From an uncultured Gammaproteobacteria bacterium (GTDB lineage Bacteria; Patescibacteriota; Patescibacteriia; UBA10025; JAHIVO01): a stretch of 64,000 nt of DNA. How positions within the stretch are numbered: the first letter of the stretch is position 1; the number at the start of each line of letters is the position of its first letter. A model generated the notes under the pieces. The model was not told where the DNA came from, did no database searches, and was given only the letters and a program-made list of their open reading frames with translations. A program made the translations under genes and the position numbers. Shown piece after piece: positions 52,592 to 61,912 of this stretch. The stretch is from NCBI GenBank assembly GCA_964415025.1, contig CAYPXF010000002.1, positions 11,825-75,824 on the forward strand. The letters run 5' to 3'.

Positions 52592-52921
52592 TTTTTTATA
52601 TTTATTTATTATTTAACCTATGGCCGGGTAATGTCCTTGCCAGGCTGTACAATATTTGTTCAAGCGTATATCAAGTATACCTAAAATAGGCGAATAATAA
52701 AACCGCATCATCCGTCGGGGTGGTTGGATTGTATACAGCAATAGGTGAATATGATCGGCATTATTTGGGGGAATTGCTGTACTTAGCATAACCCCATAAA
52801 CCCGCACTGTGAGCAAATTCCCGCCGGCGCGAAGCGGATTGACAAACAGCATAACATATAATACACTGTCCGGATGATAACAAAATAAACACCAATACAG
52901 TAAAGTAAAACGGAGGATACT

Positions 52922-53287
52922 ATGGCTGAAAGCACAAAAGGTGTTCTGCATGTCAAAATCCCTATTCGTAACAAGAAAAATGATACAATAATTGCTAAGG
53001 GGCACTTGTTCCTGCCGGCAGACTCCGGCGGCTGGATAGAACGCCTGATGCGCGACGCAGAGGGCTTTGAAGCGACCTTCCTGAGCATCTCATCTGTGAC
53101 AGACTGTCCGGGCACCTATGATATCACGTTTTCTCCCTGTCCGAGCGAGGAAGCGTTAATAGGGATGGAAAAAGGAACGCACTTCGGTATCCAGACCGAT
53201 ATCCAGGTCATCCGCGCCTTACGTGACGCCCTGGATTTCCATATCAGGGAATACGACCGGGAAAAGTCTGACGCAGAGGCAAAATAG
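52922..53287 (+). CDS. Orphan hypothetical protein with own promoter, SD and terminator
   Basis: TTGACA-17-TACACT; SD GGAGG; terminator 53303-53336. Confidence 0.7.
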   Translation: MAESTKGVLHVKIPIRNKKNDTIIAKGHLFLPADSGGWIERLMRDAEGFEATFLSISSVTDCPGTYDITFSPCPSEEALIGMEKGTHFGIQTDIQVIRALRDALDFHIREYDREKSDAEAK

Positions 53288-53341
53288 CCAGCCACCCGAA
53301 CCAAGACCCATCGCTAAAAACAATGGGTCTTTTTTTATACC

Positions 53342-53430
53342 AAATTTTCCCGCCTAGTGGGGCTTAGCTAGCCGTTAGTTGTTAGATATTGGTTACGTTA
53401 TTGGTTGTTGGTTTTCAGACCGATAACAAA
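53342..53430. repeat. Direct repeat, left copy (right copy 54599-54693)
   Basis: AAATTTTCC(C)GCCTAGT..TTAGCTAG..GTTAGAyATTGGTTA..GATAAC shared. Confidence 0.85.
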
Positions 53431-53450
53431 CAGCCAGTATCCTTAAAAGT

Positions 53451-53777
53451 CTAGCTACCAAAACGCTCCAGCGCCTGCCGCAGAACCCGGCCTGCTGTAT
53501 CATCCCGATCCCGCGCTAAGACCGGCAGCATTGCCCGTACGGACGCATTCTCGGTCGGCAACAGCTCCACCTTGCCCTGCATAAATTCTGCCAGGTGCGT
53601 CAGAAATTCATCGAACCACGATGGGGTAACGCTCACCACACCGCTGAAATCGATCTGCACCGGTTCGGCCGCATCCAATGTCGGACGAATAGCCTGAAAG
53701 GCTTCCAAACCGGCTGGACGGGACAGCAACACAGTACCAAATTTTTTCAGATAAATAGTTTGCATGGTCATTTGCAA
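53451..53777 (-). CDS. STAS-like domain protein (DUF4325-like)
   Basis: L.SRPAG, IDFSGVVSVTPSWFDEF. Confidence 0.75.
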   Translation of the reverse strand: MQMTMQTIYLKKFGTVLLSRPAGLEAFQAIRPTLDAAEPVQIDFSGVVSVTPSWFDEFLTHLAEFMQGKVELLPTENASVRAMLPVLARDRDDTAGRVLRQALERFGS

Positions 53778-54512
53778 TTAATAGGTAATCACGGCGTACA
53801 CGCCACGTACGTTTTCCGAGACTTGCTTGATCTGCATGGCACCGTTCGCGGGAATACTGACCAGTCCAACGCCCGAACGAAAGGTGAGACCGATCGGGTT
53901 ATTCTCAACAACACTCCGTACGAGCTTTAATCCATTGCCCCGTTTTTCCGGGTCTCGGCCTGAAACAATTTCCGTAAAGGCAATATGCAGCGCTTCCTGG
54001 TCACTGGCAATAGCCGGTCGAACACGCTGTAGTGTTGCTCGGACACCACGGCCCCGATCTGCCACTACGATACTACGCTTGACCGTATCATAGCCGTAGA
54101 ATACTCCCGGCACATCAGGCCAGCTGCCGATATTGTGGGTGAAAGCGTTGTCCCCGATCTCACCGGCTACCTGGGTCAGCAATGAAACAATATCCGTCCC
54201 CGATGTGCCCAGCGTTTTCTGCAGCACTTCGGCCATTTTCACCAGCCGGCTGGTGAAGCGGTCCTGCCGATCGCAGTAATACTCATCGGGTAAGGTCGGC
54301 GCCTGGCTGCTTGCCGCCCAGGCCCAGGCCAACTTTGGTAAATCTACCGCCAACCGCCGTACTTCGGATAAACGATAATACCGCTGACCGCCTGGGCTGC
54401 GCTGGGCAGTAATCCGGCCTGATTTTTCCCAATTCCTCAGCGTTTGGGGGGAAATACCAAGTATTTTTGCTGCTTCGCTAACGCGGAGCATATCTTTATT
54501 AGAGTCCTTCAT
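53778..54512 (-). CDS. MerR-type HTH fused to a GHKL/HATPase domain
   Basis: VSEAAKILGISPQTLRNWE..GGQRYY; EIGDNAFTH, ADRGRG, RGNGL. Confidence 0.85.
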   Translation of the reverse strand: MKDSNKDMLRVSEAAKILGISPQTLRNWEKSGRITAQRSPGGQRYYRLSEVRRLAVDLPKLAWAWAASSQAPTLPDEYYCDRQDRFTSRLVKMAEVLQKTLGTSGTDIVSLLTQVAGEIGDNAFTHNIGSWPDVPGVFYGYDTVKRSIVVADRGRGVRATLQRVRPAIASDQEALHIAFTEIVSGRDPEKRGNGLKLVRSVVENNPIGLTFRSGVGLVSIPANGAMQIKQVSENVRGVYAVITY

Positions 54513-54513
54513 A

Positions 54514-54580
54514 TTGTAAGTTTAAGGCATAAACCTACAAATGTCAAGTATTATTGTAATTTTGTGCCATAAATCTACAA
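54514..54580 (-). promoter_or_regulatory. Leaderless promoter with two inverted-repeat operators
   Basis: TTGACA-17-TAAACT-N6-ATG; TTGTAAGTTTA-N5-TAAACCTACAA (54514-40) and TTGTAATTTTG-N5-TAAATCTACAA (54554-80). Confidence 0.75.
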
Positions 54581-54598
54581 AATATACTAATAAATATA

Positions 54599-54693
54599 AA
54601 ATTTTCCGCCTAGTTGAGTTTAGCTAGTCATTAGTTTTTAGTTGTTAGACATTGGTTATATTATTGATTTTTGGTCTTTGGCCTGATAACTAA
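54599..54693. repeat. Direct repeat, right copy
   Basis: Matches 53342-53430 with one extra heptamer-length unit. Confidence 0.85.
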
Positions 54694-54739
54694 AGAAAAA
54701 AATCCTACGTTTAAAGTTTAACGCCTGCCTGCCTGGAAT

Positions 54740-54859
54740 TTAGCCCTTTTTGCGCTTGCCAAAACCTTGTTTTTGACTGTTAATGCTGCCCAACTTACTA
54801 TGGCCGCTATGATACCAAGAAGTCTTTCTCCGTCCTTTTTTCTCTTTTTTTTCTTGCAT
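54740..54859 (-). CDS. 39-aa highly basic small protein
   Basis: Read manually: MQEKKEKKGRRKTSWYHSGHSKLGSINSQKQGFGKRKKG. Confidence 0.45.
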   Translation of the reverse strand: MQEKKEKKGRRKTSWYHSGHSKLGSINSQKQGFGKRKKG

Positions 54860-55167
54860 ACATCTTATGAATTTATTTATTATTTAAATGCGTGGAAGTA
54901 TGGGTTATTTGAAAGAGGATTTGGGGGGGGTAAATTTTAGTCCCCAAACGAAAAATGCTTCAATATTTTTCTCGGCCGGTGCGCTGTTTCGGTTCGCGGT
55001 CGTCAAATCGGCCGCCACGTTTGCCCGCGGCCCGCCCGACTCTGTCTCGGTTATCCATAGTGTTTGTATTTATGTAACAAGTACCTGCAATGTAGACTAA
55101 AATAGGAATAATAGCAATGCCCCGTGATTGCACAGTTCGCCCTACCACATCACCCTTGGGAATATTG

Positions 55168-55665
55168 TCAGCAAACATGGAGGATCTGTACCGCCTGCTC
55201 ACGGCCTGCTATCTGGACAGTAACTACCGCTCCTGCTTGTTTGCCCAGCAGAGCACGGCCCAGTGGTGATAGATGTGAGATAATCCCTTGCCCAGGATCT
55301 GCCTCTGTCGGCCCGAGGATGCGGTAAGTCTGCCGCATACCACCATGGGCAATAGTCACCTGACTGCCCAGCCTGACTCTATCCGCAGTACCGTCCGGTG
55401 CAATAATCTCCGCGTGCTGCAGATGGTCCTCCAGCTCCAATATCCGCCGGTTCATCCCCCGCAGTTTACCCTTGGCAATCTGGTACTCCGCATTTTCCGA
55501 AAAATCACCCAGCTCGGCCAGGCGTTTCACCTCACTGGCTGCTGCCGGCCGCTGTTGTTTCAGCCGGGCCAGTTCTGCGGTTAGTTCGTCATATTTTTCC
55601 TGCGTCATGTGCGGATCACGCGGCAGATTTGAATAACGTCCGGTTTTTCTGATAGGAACGCGCAT
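55168..55665 (-). CDS. GreA/GreB family transcription elongation factor
   Basis: GDFSENAEY, ISHLSPLGRALLGK. Confidence 0.92.
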   Translation of the reverse strand: MRVPIRKTGRYSNLPRDPHMTQEKYDELTAELARLKQQRPAAASEVKRLAELGDFSENAEYQIAKGKLRGMNRRILELEDHLQHAEIIAPDGTADRVRLGSQVTIAHGGMRQTYRILGPTEADPGQGIISHLSPLGRALLGKQAGAVVTVQIAGREQAVQILHVC

Positions 55666-55680
55666 TGGTATACAGTCGTA

Positions 55681-56265
55681 TTAATTAAGTGCCAGGCTAT
55701 AATGACGCAGTGACATCCGTAATGCCTGGTAGTCAGGGAAAGTGCGGCTGACCAGCTCCCAGAATTTCCGAGAATGGTTCATCTCCTGCAAATGACATAG
55801 CTCATGCACGATGATATAATCAGCCAACCGCCTGGGTAGTAGTACTATTTTATAATTAAAATTCAAATTCCGTTTCCGCGAACAGCTGCCCCAGCAGGTT
55901 CTCTGGTTCCTGATGCTGATGCGGTTGTATGCAGTGGCATAGGTTCCCCTATAATAATCAATCCGCTCAGTGACCAACTGACGGGCGGCTTCTTTATTTC
56001 GTACATAATCACCCCGGCTAAACCGCCGTATTGGCTGGTGCTGCCGAGCAGAGGCAATTTTACCCATCAACCATCGCTGTTTTTGTCGGATAAACTCCTC
56101 GGCCAGCCGTAGTGGATAGTACAGCGGCGCAGTCACCACCACACTGCCGTCACCACGCACGGCCAACCGCAGGCGCCGGGCTCGCTGGCTCCGTCGCAAG
56201 GTATAGGTGACGGTTGTCTCCGATAGGGTGATTTGTTTTTGTACACTATTAGTATAGTGAACCAT
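55681..56265 (-). CDS. YgjP/DUF45 M48-like metal-dependent hydrolase
   Basis: WGSCS, DYIIVHELCHL..MNHS..FW. Confidence 0.9.
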   Translation of the reverse strand: MVHYTNSVQKQITLSETTVTYTLRRSQRARRLRLAVRGDGSVVVTAPLYYPLRLAEEFIRQKQRWLMGKIASARQHQPIRRFSRGDYVRNKEAARQLVTERIDYYRGTYATAYNRISIRNQRTCWGSCSRKRNLNFNYKIVLLPRRLADYIIVHELCHLQEMNHSRKFWELVSRTFPDYQALRMSLRHYSLALN

Positions 56266-56298
56266 CGATAATATAGTTTTCGCGGATAATCCTCATAC

Positions 56299-56652
56299 TC
56301 AAAATATCTTTCTAACAACAGATAAAAGATACGGAACGACGATAAAAACAACAAACGGAAATAGAAATAATAAAACAGGATATAGTAATGTGATCTGCCG
56401 GTGTCTCAGATATTTTATTATAGTAAATACACTGTAGCCGGTCGCTAGTATACCATATAGCATAAAAAGACTATCCACCCATACATCATGATATGCTAAA
56501 CGCCAGTGTGTGCCCCTGATAATCATTTCAACATATTCCGTGATTACCATAAAAGAAACCACAGAAAATACCAGATTAATAAACGATAAAACAACGGCGA
56601 CAACTTGGTTCCAGTTGATATGCTGACTGATTTTTTTGATGCCTTGCTGCAT
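56299..56652 (-). CDS. Three-TM hypothetical protein (leaderless)
   Basis: Hydrophobic segments; TGGTATACT-N6-ATG. Confidence 0.7.
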   Translation of the reverse strand: MQQGIKKISQHINWNQVVAVVLSFINLVFSVVSFMVITEYVEMIIRGTHWRLAYHDVWVDSLFMLYGILATGYSVFTIIKYLRHRQITLLYPVLLFLFPFVVFIVVPYLLSVVRKIF

Positions 56653-56750
56653 AGTACCAGTATACCAGACTATAAACTCAGATACGAATAAAAAATCGCC
56701 CCCTGAATCATTTCAATGGGGGCGATTATATCTGGTCTCGGTACGTTAGG

Positions 56751-57131
56751 TCACCTGAACTCTACGTACCCATCGACATGGATACCGTCTCTCCAGATAT
56801 CTATCCAGATCTCTGTGCCTCGAGGATATTCCTCGTGGTACGAGTAACTGCAGTTAAAATCTCTGAGAGTAAATTTGATTCCGGAACGCTCATCCGCCCG
56901 GTCATCATATCGGGTGACACGAACTTTTGAGTTCACCGACGTGAGATTTGTTACCGTCATCAGATTGGAGCCGGTATCGTACTCGAACCGAATATGTTCC
57001 AGATCGAACGAATAGATTCCGCTACTGGAACTAATCTCATCCGGATCCGGTCCTAATAACTGCTCGCAGCCGCTGAACATGAGGGCGGCCAGGCAAAGAA
57101 CAAACAGCATCAACACGTTTCTCGTTTTCAT
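56751..57131 (-). CDS. Orphan putative lipoprotein
   Basis: MKTRN-hydrophobic-FSGC lipobox; TTGACA-17-TATGAT; SD AGGAG; terminator 56690-56727. Confidence 0.7.
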   Translation of the reverse strand: MKTRNVLMLFVLCLAALMFSGCEQLLGPDPDEISSSSGIYSFDLEHIRFEYDTGSNLMTVTNLTSVNSKVRVTRYDDRADERSGIKFTLRDFNCSYSYHEEYPRGTEIWIDIWRDGIHVDGYVEFR

Positions 57132-57346
57132 GATAACTCCTATCTTCGATTGGTTGATTTCCAGAATAAAACGAATGTATTCTAACAGCACATCATAGCA
57201 AAACAGCGCAATTTTGTCAATCCCTTAGCCAAATAAACCCTCCCCACATGTGTTCAGGGCATTTACATTATGAATTTATTAGTAGTTTAAGTTTCTGGTT
57301 TTGGCTATTCCAAATAATATTGCCGCTGATCAATCCGCGTAAAAAA

Positions 57347-57598
57347 TCAGCGCTTGGCTGTCTTGATCAGCGCCAGCTTCTCTCGCCGGGTCATCTGTTT
57401 CACCCGTGCTTCGGCCCTGAGTGCATACGCACGATTCCGGTACCGCCGGGTGTAGACTAATTTCACCGGCCGCTTGGAGCGGGTATATTTTGCACCGGCC
57501 TCTGATGAATTGTGCTCGCGTACTCGCTGCCGTACATCCCTCGCAATGCCGGTATAGAGTGCCCGATCAGCACAGCGGACAATGTAGAGATAGTACAT
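57347..57598 (-). CDS. GIY-YIG nuclease family protein (UPF0213-like)
   Basis: YLYIVRC.D..LYTG, R..EHN, GAKYTR..RP. Confidence 0.92.
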   Translation of the reverse strand: MYYLYIVRCADRALYTGIARDVRQRVREHNSSEAGAKYTRSKRPVKLVYTRRYRNRAYALRAEARVKQMTRREKLALIKTAKR

Positions 57599-57636
57599 AC
57601 ACCTTATTTTTTGCTTTATTAGTATTTGGCACCCGC

Positions 57637-57717
57637 CCCCCCCCAGCCAAACAGTTTACGCCGGAATCAATAGCGCTCGGGGTTGTTTTTTAAATAGGTA
57701 ATATAGTCGCGGATCAT
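57637..57717 (-). pseudogene. 5' fragment of a membrane protein gene with a nonsense codon
   Basis: TGCTATACT-N6-ATG; MIRDYITYLKNNPERY*FRRKLFGWG. Confidence 0.6.
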
Positions 57718-57897
57718 GTTGGTAGTATAGCAAGTTTTTTGCAGTAGCGTAATCACTCTGTTACGCGCGCCAGAAAACCAATGAGAAAAAATGCTTTTAG
57801 GCTAACTTGACTTTATTCTGTTTTGCCCGCATGATTATGATAGAAATTAAATAAAAAGTAGAATAAAAAACGTTACTTAAGAAAGTGAGGTAATGCC

Positions 57898-59364
57898 ATG
57901 TTTATCGTTGGCATCGAACCACGTGCTCCTGGATTACATATATTCAGTGGTGCGCGGCTACCACGTCTAGGATTACCGCTGCTCTTCACCATGGCGCAGG
58001 CTATGGGACACCAGGGAGAAATCTATTGTGAAGATATCGCTCCCATCGACTGGGAAAGGGTACGGCAGGCAGACATCATCTGTATTTCCTCCATCACCTC
58101 TACCATCCCTCGGACATATGAATTCATCCGCAAGATAAGGCAGGAACTCAAACTAACAACCCCCATCCTCATCGGCGGACCGCATGTGACATTCCTCCCT
58201 GACGAAGCGCTCGACCATGGTGCGGATTACGCCTTCCGCCACGAAGCTGACCATAGCTTCCCCACGTGGCTGCAATGGTGGACAAGCGGCCGTGATCCGC
58301 GCGGACTCTTTGACATTCCTGACCTGTCATTTAGGGTGGGAAATCAAAACCACCACAACACCGCCGATCACACACGGCAATGGGTCGACCTCGATACCCT
58401 ACCCACGCCTGACCTCAGGCTCATCGTCGGCTACGACAAGCCGAGTACCCTCCCGCTGATTACCTCACGCGGCTGTCCCTTCAACTGCGACTTTTGTTCT
58501 GAATACGCGATGTTTGGGCGTCGGTACCGATTTCGCTCGGAATCACGGATAATCAATGATCTCGAGTTCTATGACCGCATCTACGGCACCACACCCGTGT
58601 TTATCGCGGATGATAATGCCGCCGCCAACCCGGCTCGGCTGGAAGAACTCTGTACCAGCATAGTGAACAATGGTCTCGTCCGCCAGTTTTCCTGTCAAGT
58701 ACGGCTTGATTTAGGCAAACGCCCAAGAACGATTGCCCAGATGATCCAAGCCGGCGTGAATCGTGCCTTTATCGGATATGAATCAGTCAACCAGCTGAGT
58801 CTCGATGCCGCGGGGAAAAAACTGAAATCAGAGGAAATGCGCAGTCTGACCAAAGTTTTCCACCGGTACGGAATAGCCATCCACGCCATGTGGATACTGG
58901 GATTTGACGACGACACTATCGATACTGTCAAACAGACAATACGCTCCTGTATCCGCTGGGGTATAGAAACGAGTCAATTCCTGATATTGGTGCCAATCCC
59001 GGGCGCACCGCTGTACCAGCGTTTTGTCAAACAACGGCGGATCATCGTGCGTGACTGGGCAAAGTACGACGGCCATCACGTCACCTTCAAACCAATGGGC
59101 ATGACCGCCCGCCAGCTCCAGATAGCAGTGATGCTAGATGCTATGCCGCGAGTCTACAACCACTGGCAGACTTACAAACTGCTGTGGCGAAATAATCTAC
59201 AGCTCGCGTGGGGAGTGCTCACCAGAAAAGTAAAGCATCCGCTCATTAATTTGAAAGGAAATATCGAAACGTTCTTTGCGCGGTTAGGAGGACGCCGGGC
59301 AATCGTCAAGATTCGACCACAGGTTACTCGATACCTCAAACGGATTGAGCAACCAACCGAATAG
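57898..59364 (+). CDS. B12-binding domain radical SAM protein
   Basis: IGGPHVT, TSRGCPFNCDFC, FIADDN, IGYES, ILGFD.D; own promoter, SD and terminator 59382-59415. Confidence 0.9.
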   Translation: MFIVGIEPRAPGLHIFSGARLPRLGLPLLFTMAQAMGHQGEIYCEDIAPIDWERVRQADIICISSITSTIPRTYEFIRKIRQELKLTTPILIGGPHVTFLPDEALDHGADYAFRHEADHSFPTWLQWWTSGRDPRGLFDIPDLSFRVGNQNHHNTADHTRQWVDLDTLPTPDLRLIVGYDKPSTLPLITSRGCPFNCDFCSEYAMFGRRYRFRSESRIINDLEFYDRIYGTTPVFIADDNAAANPARLEELCTSIVNNGLVRQFSCQVRLDLGKRPRTIAQMIQAGVNRAFIGYESVNQLSLDAAGKKLKSEEMRSLTKVFHRYGIAIHAMWILGFDDDTIDTVKQTIRSCIRWGIETSQFLILVPIPGAPLYQRFVKQRRIIVRDWAKYDGHHVTFKPMGMTARQLQIAVMLDAMPRVYNHWQTYKLLWRNNLQLAWGVLTRKVKHPLINLKGNIETFFARLGGRRAIVKIRPQVTRYLKRIEQPTE

Positions 59365-59444
59365 CAATGTACATATTCCCTAAAGAGTCTAGTCGGCAGA
59401 CTGGACTCTTTTTTTATGACAAATTTCCCCGCCCGCCACGCAAA

Positions 59445-59563
59445 ATATAATACTCCCGGCCTTCCTTGATCCGGTGCATGAGCAGTGCGTTGTTGTTTTC
59501 GATAATCACGGCGGATGAGCGCCAGGGGTATTTGTGTTTTGTTATAACGTCAGTATAGCAAAA
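59445..59563 (-). pseudogene. 119-bp diverged copy of the NUDIX gene 5' end and promoter (63043-63161)
   Basis: Ungapped 108/119; start codon is ATA in this copy. Confidence 0.92.
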
Positions 59564-59632
59564 ACTGTTATGTTTTGCCCTCTTGAGACCTCTATATCTT
59601 CTAAGTTATATACCAAAACTTCTGCCAAACTA

Positions 59633-59932
59633 CTAAGAACGGGCTGTCAGCGTAACCTTTTGGCCCAATGCAGACGAGATGCGGCTGAGCTTTGCCACCG
59701 TAACATTATGATGACCGCTTTCGAGGCGCGCAATCTCGCTCTGCGGCATGCCCGTCTTTTTTGCCAGCTGTGCCTGGGTGATCTTTTTCTTCTTTCGTGC
59801 TTCAGCAATTGCAATAGCGATATCTAGTAATTCACGCTCCTCTTGGAGTAACTTCTGGTACTCTTTGTCCTTTTGGTATTTGTAGAGAATATTATCTTTA
59901 TGCATATGTTTAAAAAGGTTTACGTTTCTCAT
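59633..59932 (-). CDS. XRE-HTH antitoxin (HigA-like)
   Basis: ITQAQLAKKTGMPQSEIARLESG. Confidence 0.88.
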   Translation of the reverse strand: MRNVNLFKHMHKDNILYKYQKDKEYQKLLQEERELLDIAIAIAEARKKKKITQAQLAKKTGMPQSEIARLESGHHNVTVAKLSRISSALGQKVTLTARS

Positions 59933-60263
59933 TTATCTCATACTCCATATATAAATTCTGAATTTTCTCGAAAACTTTTGATTCAATATTATCTCGTTTT
60001 TTAGTATATCCGTCCAATAGTATGATATCTGGACCTCGGCGAATAAAGTAAAAAACTCTACTTCCAAACCTGGTTCGCAGCTCCCAAATTTTCCCCTCTA
60101 CATGTGCTGCAAACGGTCTTGGCAATCTCCCGCCAGAATGTGACAGTCTTTCAATTACCGCCTGTACCGCGGCAATCTGTCTGCGCTCTGATAAAGAATG
60201 TATGTACTCCTCAGCTGGTGCGCGTCCGTTTCGGCGGACAAAATAATAGACTTTTATTTGCAT
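59910..60263 (-). CDS. RelE/HigB-like (Gp49/DUF891) toxin
   Basis: KIWELR, RVFYF, IILLDGYTKK; upstream of the HTH gene; palindrome 60286-60307. Confidence 0.88.
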   Translation of the reverse strand: MQIKVYYFVRRNGRAPAEEYIHSLSERRQIAAVQAVIERLSHSGGRLPRPFAAHVEGKIWELRTRFGSRVFYFIRRGPDIILLDGYTKKRDNIESKVFEKIQNLYMEYEINEKRKPF

Positions 60264-60449
60264 GCTAAGTATGAGCTACTATTAAAATATATCATATATG
60301 GTATATTGTCAAATCTAACTTATCCACATATTTTGACACCAAGATGTAGTGGATATTAAGAAAATTTAATACACCAAATTAGGATTTTTCACTTTTCAGA
60401 TATATGACAAAAATGTATCAAATCTGAAAAGCGCTACCAATGGCAATCC

Positions 60450-60530
60450 CTAGATACTTTTCTTAATCTGACTTAGCAGGGTATTGATTTTGGCTTCTTT
60501 GCTTTGGATATCCCCCACCAACTCCGCCGG
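60450..60530 (-). pseudogene. Possible 3' fragment of a type I HsdM
   Basis: PAELVGDIQSKEAKINTLLSQIKKSI* resembles the HsdM C-terminal helix. Confidence 0.4.
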
Positions 60531-60641
60531 CTATTTCTGGTGGGATAAATTTTGCTTTTTTCATGCTGTGAGTATAGCAAAAATGAGACTTGAGGGGGGT
60601 CCGCATTTCGCAGACCCCGAGTCCGCCGGGAGCAATATCAC

Positions 60642-60985
60642 TCACAACTTATTTGGCACACACCCACTGTTTACCCATTCACAATCCGGCGAACCGTCCG
60701 GATTCGCCCGCAGCTGCGTATCAACCACATCGATGACTTGGCAATCCTCAGCTGTGGTCGCAGTACAATAGGCGCCCATACAATAATTCATTTCAAACGT
60801 TAATTCTGGTGTGCTGGTATCGATATCCGCACATGATATAGTATCATCTACCAGCAACGGTTGGGACGCGACCCAGATACCAAATGCAAGGATAGTGTAA
60901 TTATCACCAGTACTATAATATTCCCCCGTCGCCAAAAACTACGGTTTGCTTGCTTTTCTGATAAGTTGTTCTCTGTATTCCCCAT
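60642..60985 (-). pseudogene. Frameshifted membrane-anchored Cys-rich protein
   Basis: MGNTEN...IIVLVIIT joins ILAFGIW...CVPNKL by a single-base shift near 60895. Confidence 0.6.
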
Positions 60986-61125
60986 ATATATTAGTATATC
61001 AAAGTTCCACGTTTGGAGCATTATAATTTTGAATTTTGGGATTGTTTTGCCCCCTGCCACGTGAGGCATGAGCGGGCAGGGATAGCGGGCAGGTGCTTCG
61101 ATATTCGAATTTCGGATTTAATCAT

Positions 61126-61186
61126 TCTCACATCCCACATCTCACATCCGGACTAACCTCTCATTTCCCACATCTCACATCACACC
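61126..61186. repeat. Heptamer tandem repeats (CACATCY)
   Basis: CTCACATCCCACATCTCACATCC ... CCCACATCTCACATCACAC. Confidence 0.7.
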
Positions 61187-61201
61187 AGTGATCCAAAATT
61201 A

Positions 61202-61900
61202 TTACTTCTGCTCACTCTCTAGTAGTAATCGTAAATTGAAAATCGTATCTTCGCGTAACTTTGTTTTTACCCAATCCTTCTGGCTCTCATCCAATAGCTC
61301 GCCCATTCCGGACAGAATGCCGCGATCAGGTAATGTTTCCAACAATTCTATGCATGCATGAATGAAATCTGCAAACGATAGTCCTGTCCGATCCTCAATA
61401 ATCTTTTTATTTATCTGCCAATGTTTTTTTAGAAAAAAATTAACGTCAAAAATATCACGACTCGCTTTCGCGGCCCGCTCGTACATCGCTACCAGCTTAT
61501 GAGCAAACATATCTTCAGGCACCATTACGTTCATTGCTATCCCCATATACTGTTTCACTTCATAGCGTGAATGAAAATCTCGCAGATTAATCTCAATCTT
61601 TATGTTTCGCGATCCTTCGTCATACGAAATAAGCAAAAATAAACTGTACCGCTTTTTTCTGCTATCTTTGACCGCGCCGTACTGTTCGGCAATCCGCGTC
61701 ACTTTTTCTAACACGGTATTCGCCTCGTCCTGATTCAGAAGATCGAAGTCTAAATCTACCGATGCCCTGGCAAGGTCATAGAATAAATATGCTGCCGTAC
61801 CTCCTTTAAATCCAAGAAAAGGTCCGATAGTTGTATCGGTGTATATCTCCCGTAGGATGCGTAATAGTATTCTCTTGTGCTCCAGCTGGTCCAAAACCAT
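61202..61900 (-). CDS. AbiEii nucleotidyltransferase toxin (type IV TA)
   Basis: FKGGTA...Y.L.R.SVDLDF, KIEI, HKL.A..R, RDIFD. Confidence 0.92.
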   Translation of the reverse strand: MVLDQLEHKRILLRILREIYTDTTIGPFLGFKGGTAAYLFYDLARASVDLDFDLLNQDEANTVLEKVTRIAEQYGAVKDSRKKRYSLFLLISYDEGSRNIKIEINLRDFHSRYEVKQYMGIAMNVMVPEDMFAHKLVAMYERAAKASRDIFDVNFFLKKHWQINKKIIEDRTGLSFADFIHACIELLETLPDRGILSGMGELLDESQKDWVKTKLREDTIFNLRLLLESEQK

Positions 61901-61912
61901 AATTATCTGCCT

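Noticed and set aside
52613-53005. 130-aa minus-strand ORF containing DHIHLLL
   Set aside because: It crosses the promoter and start of the plus-strand gene; only the short RAYT-like relic within it is credible
57667-57669. TGA at a probable Trp position suggesting a recoded genetic code
   Set aside because: TGA ends intact genes (tsf, rodA, greA, hsdS) and the long core genes have no internal TGA; it is a nonsense mutation in a fragment
42258-60328. DnaA boxes TTATCCACA at 42258, 47286 and 60320 as an origin
   Set aside because: Isolated and kilobases apart with no dnaA/dnaN; two lie near TA promoters but three hits are too few to interpret
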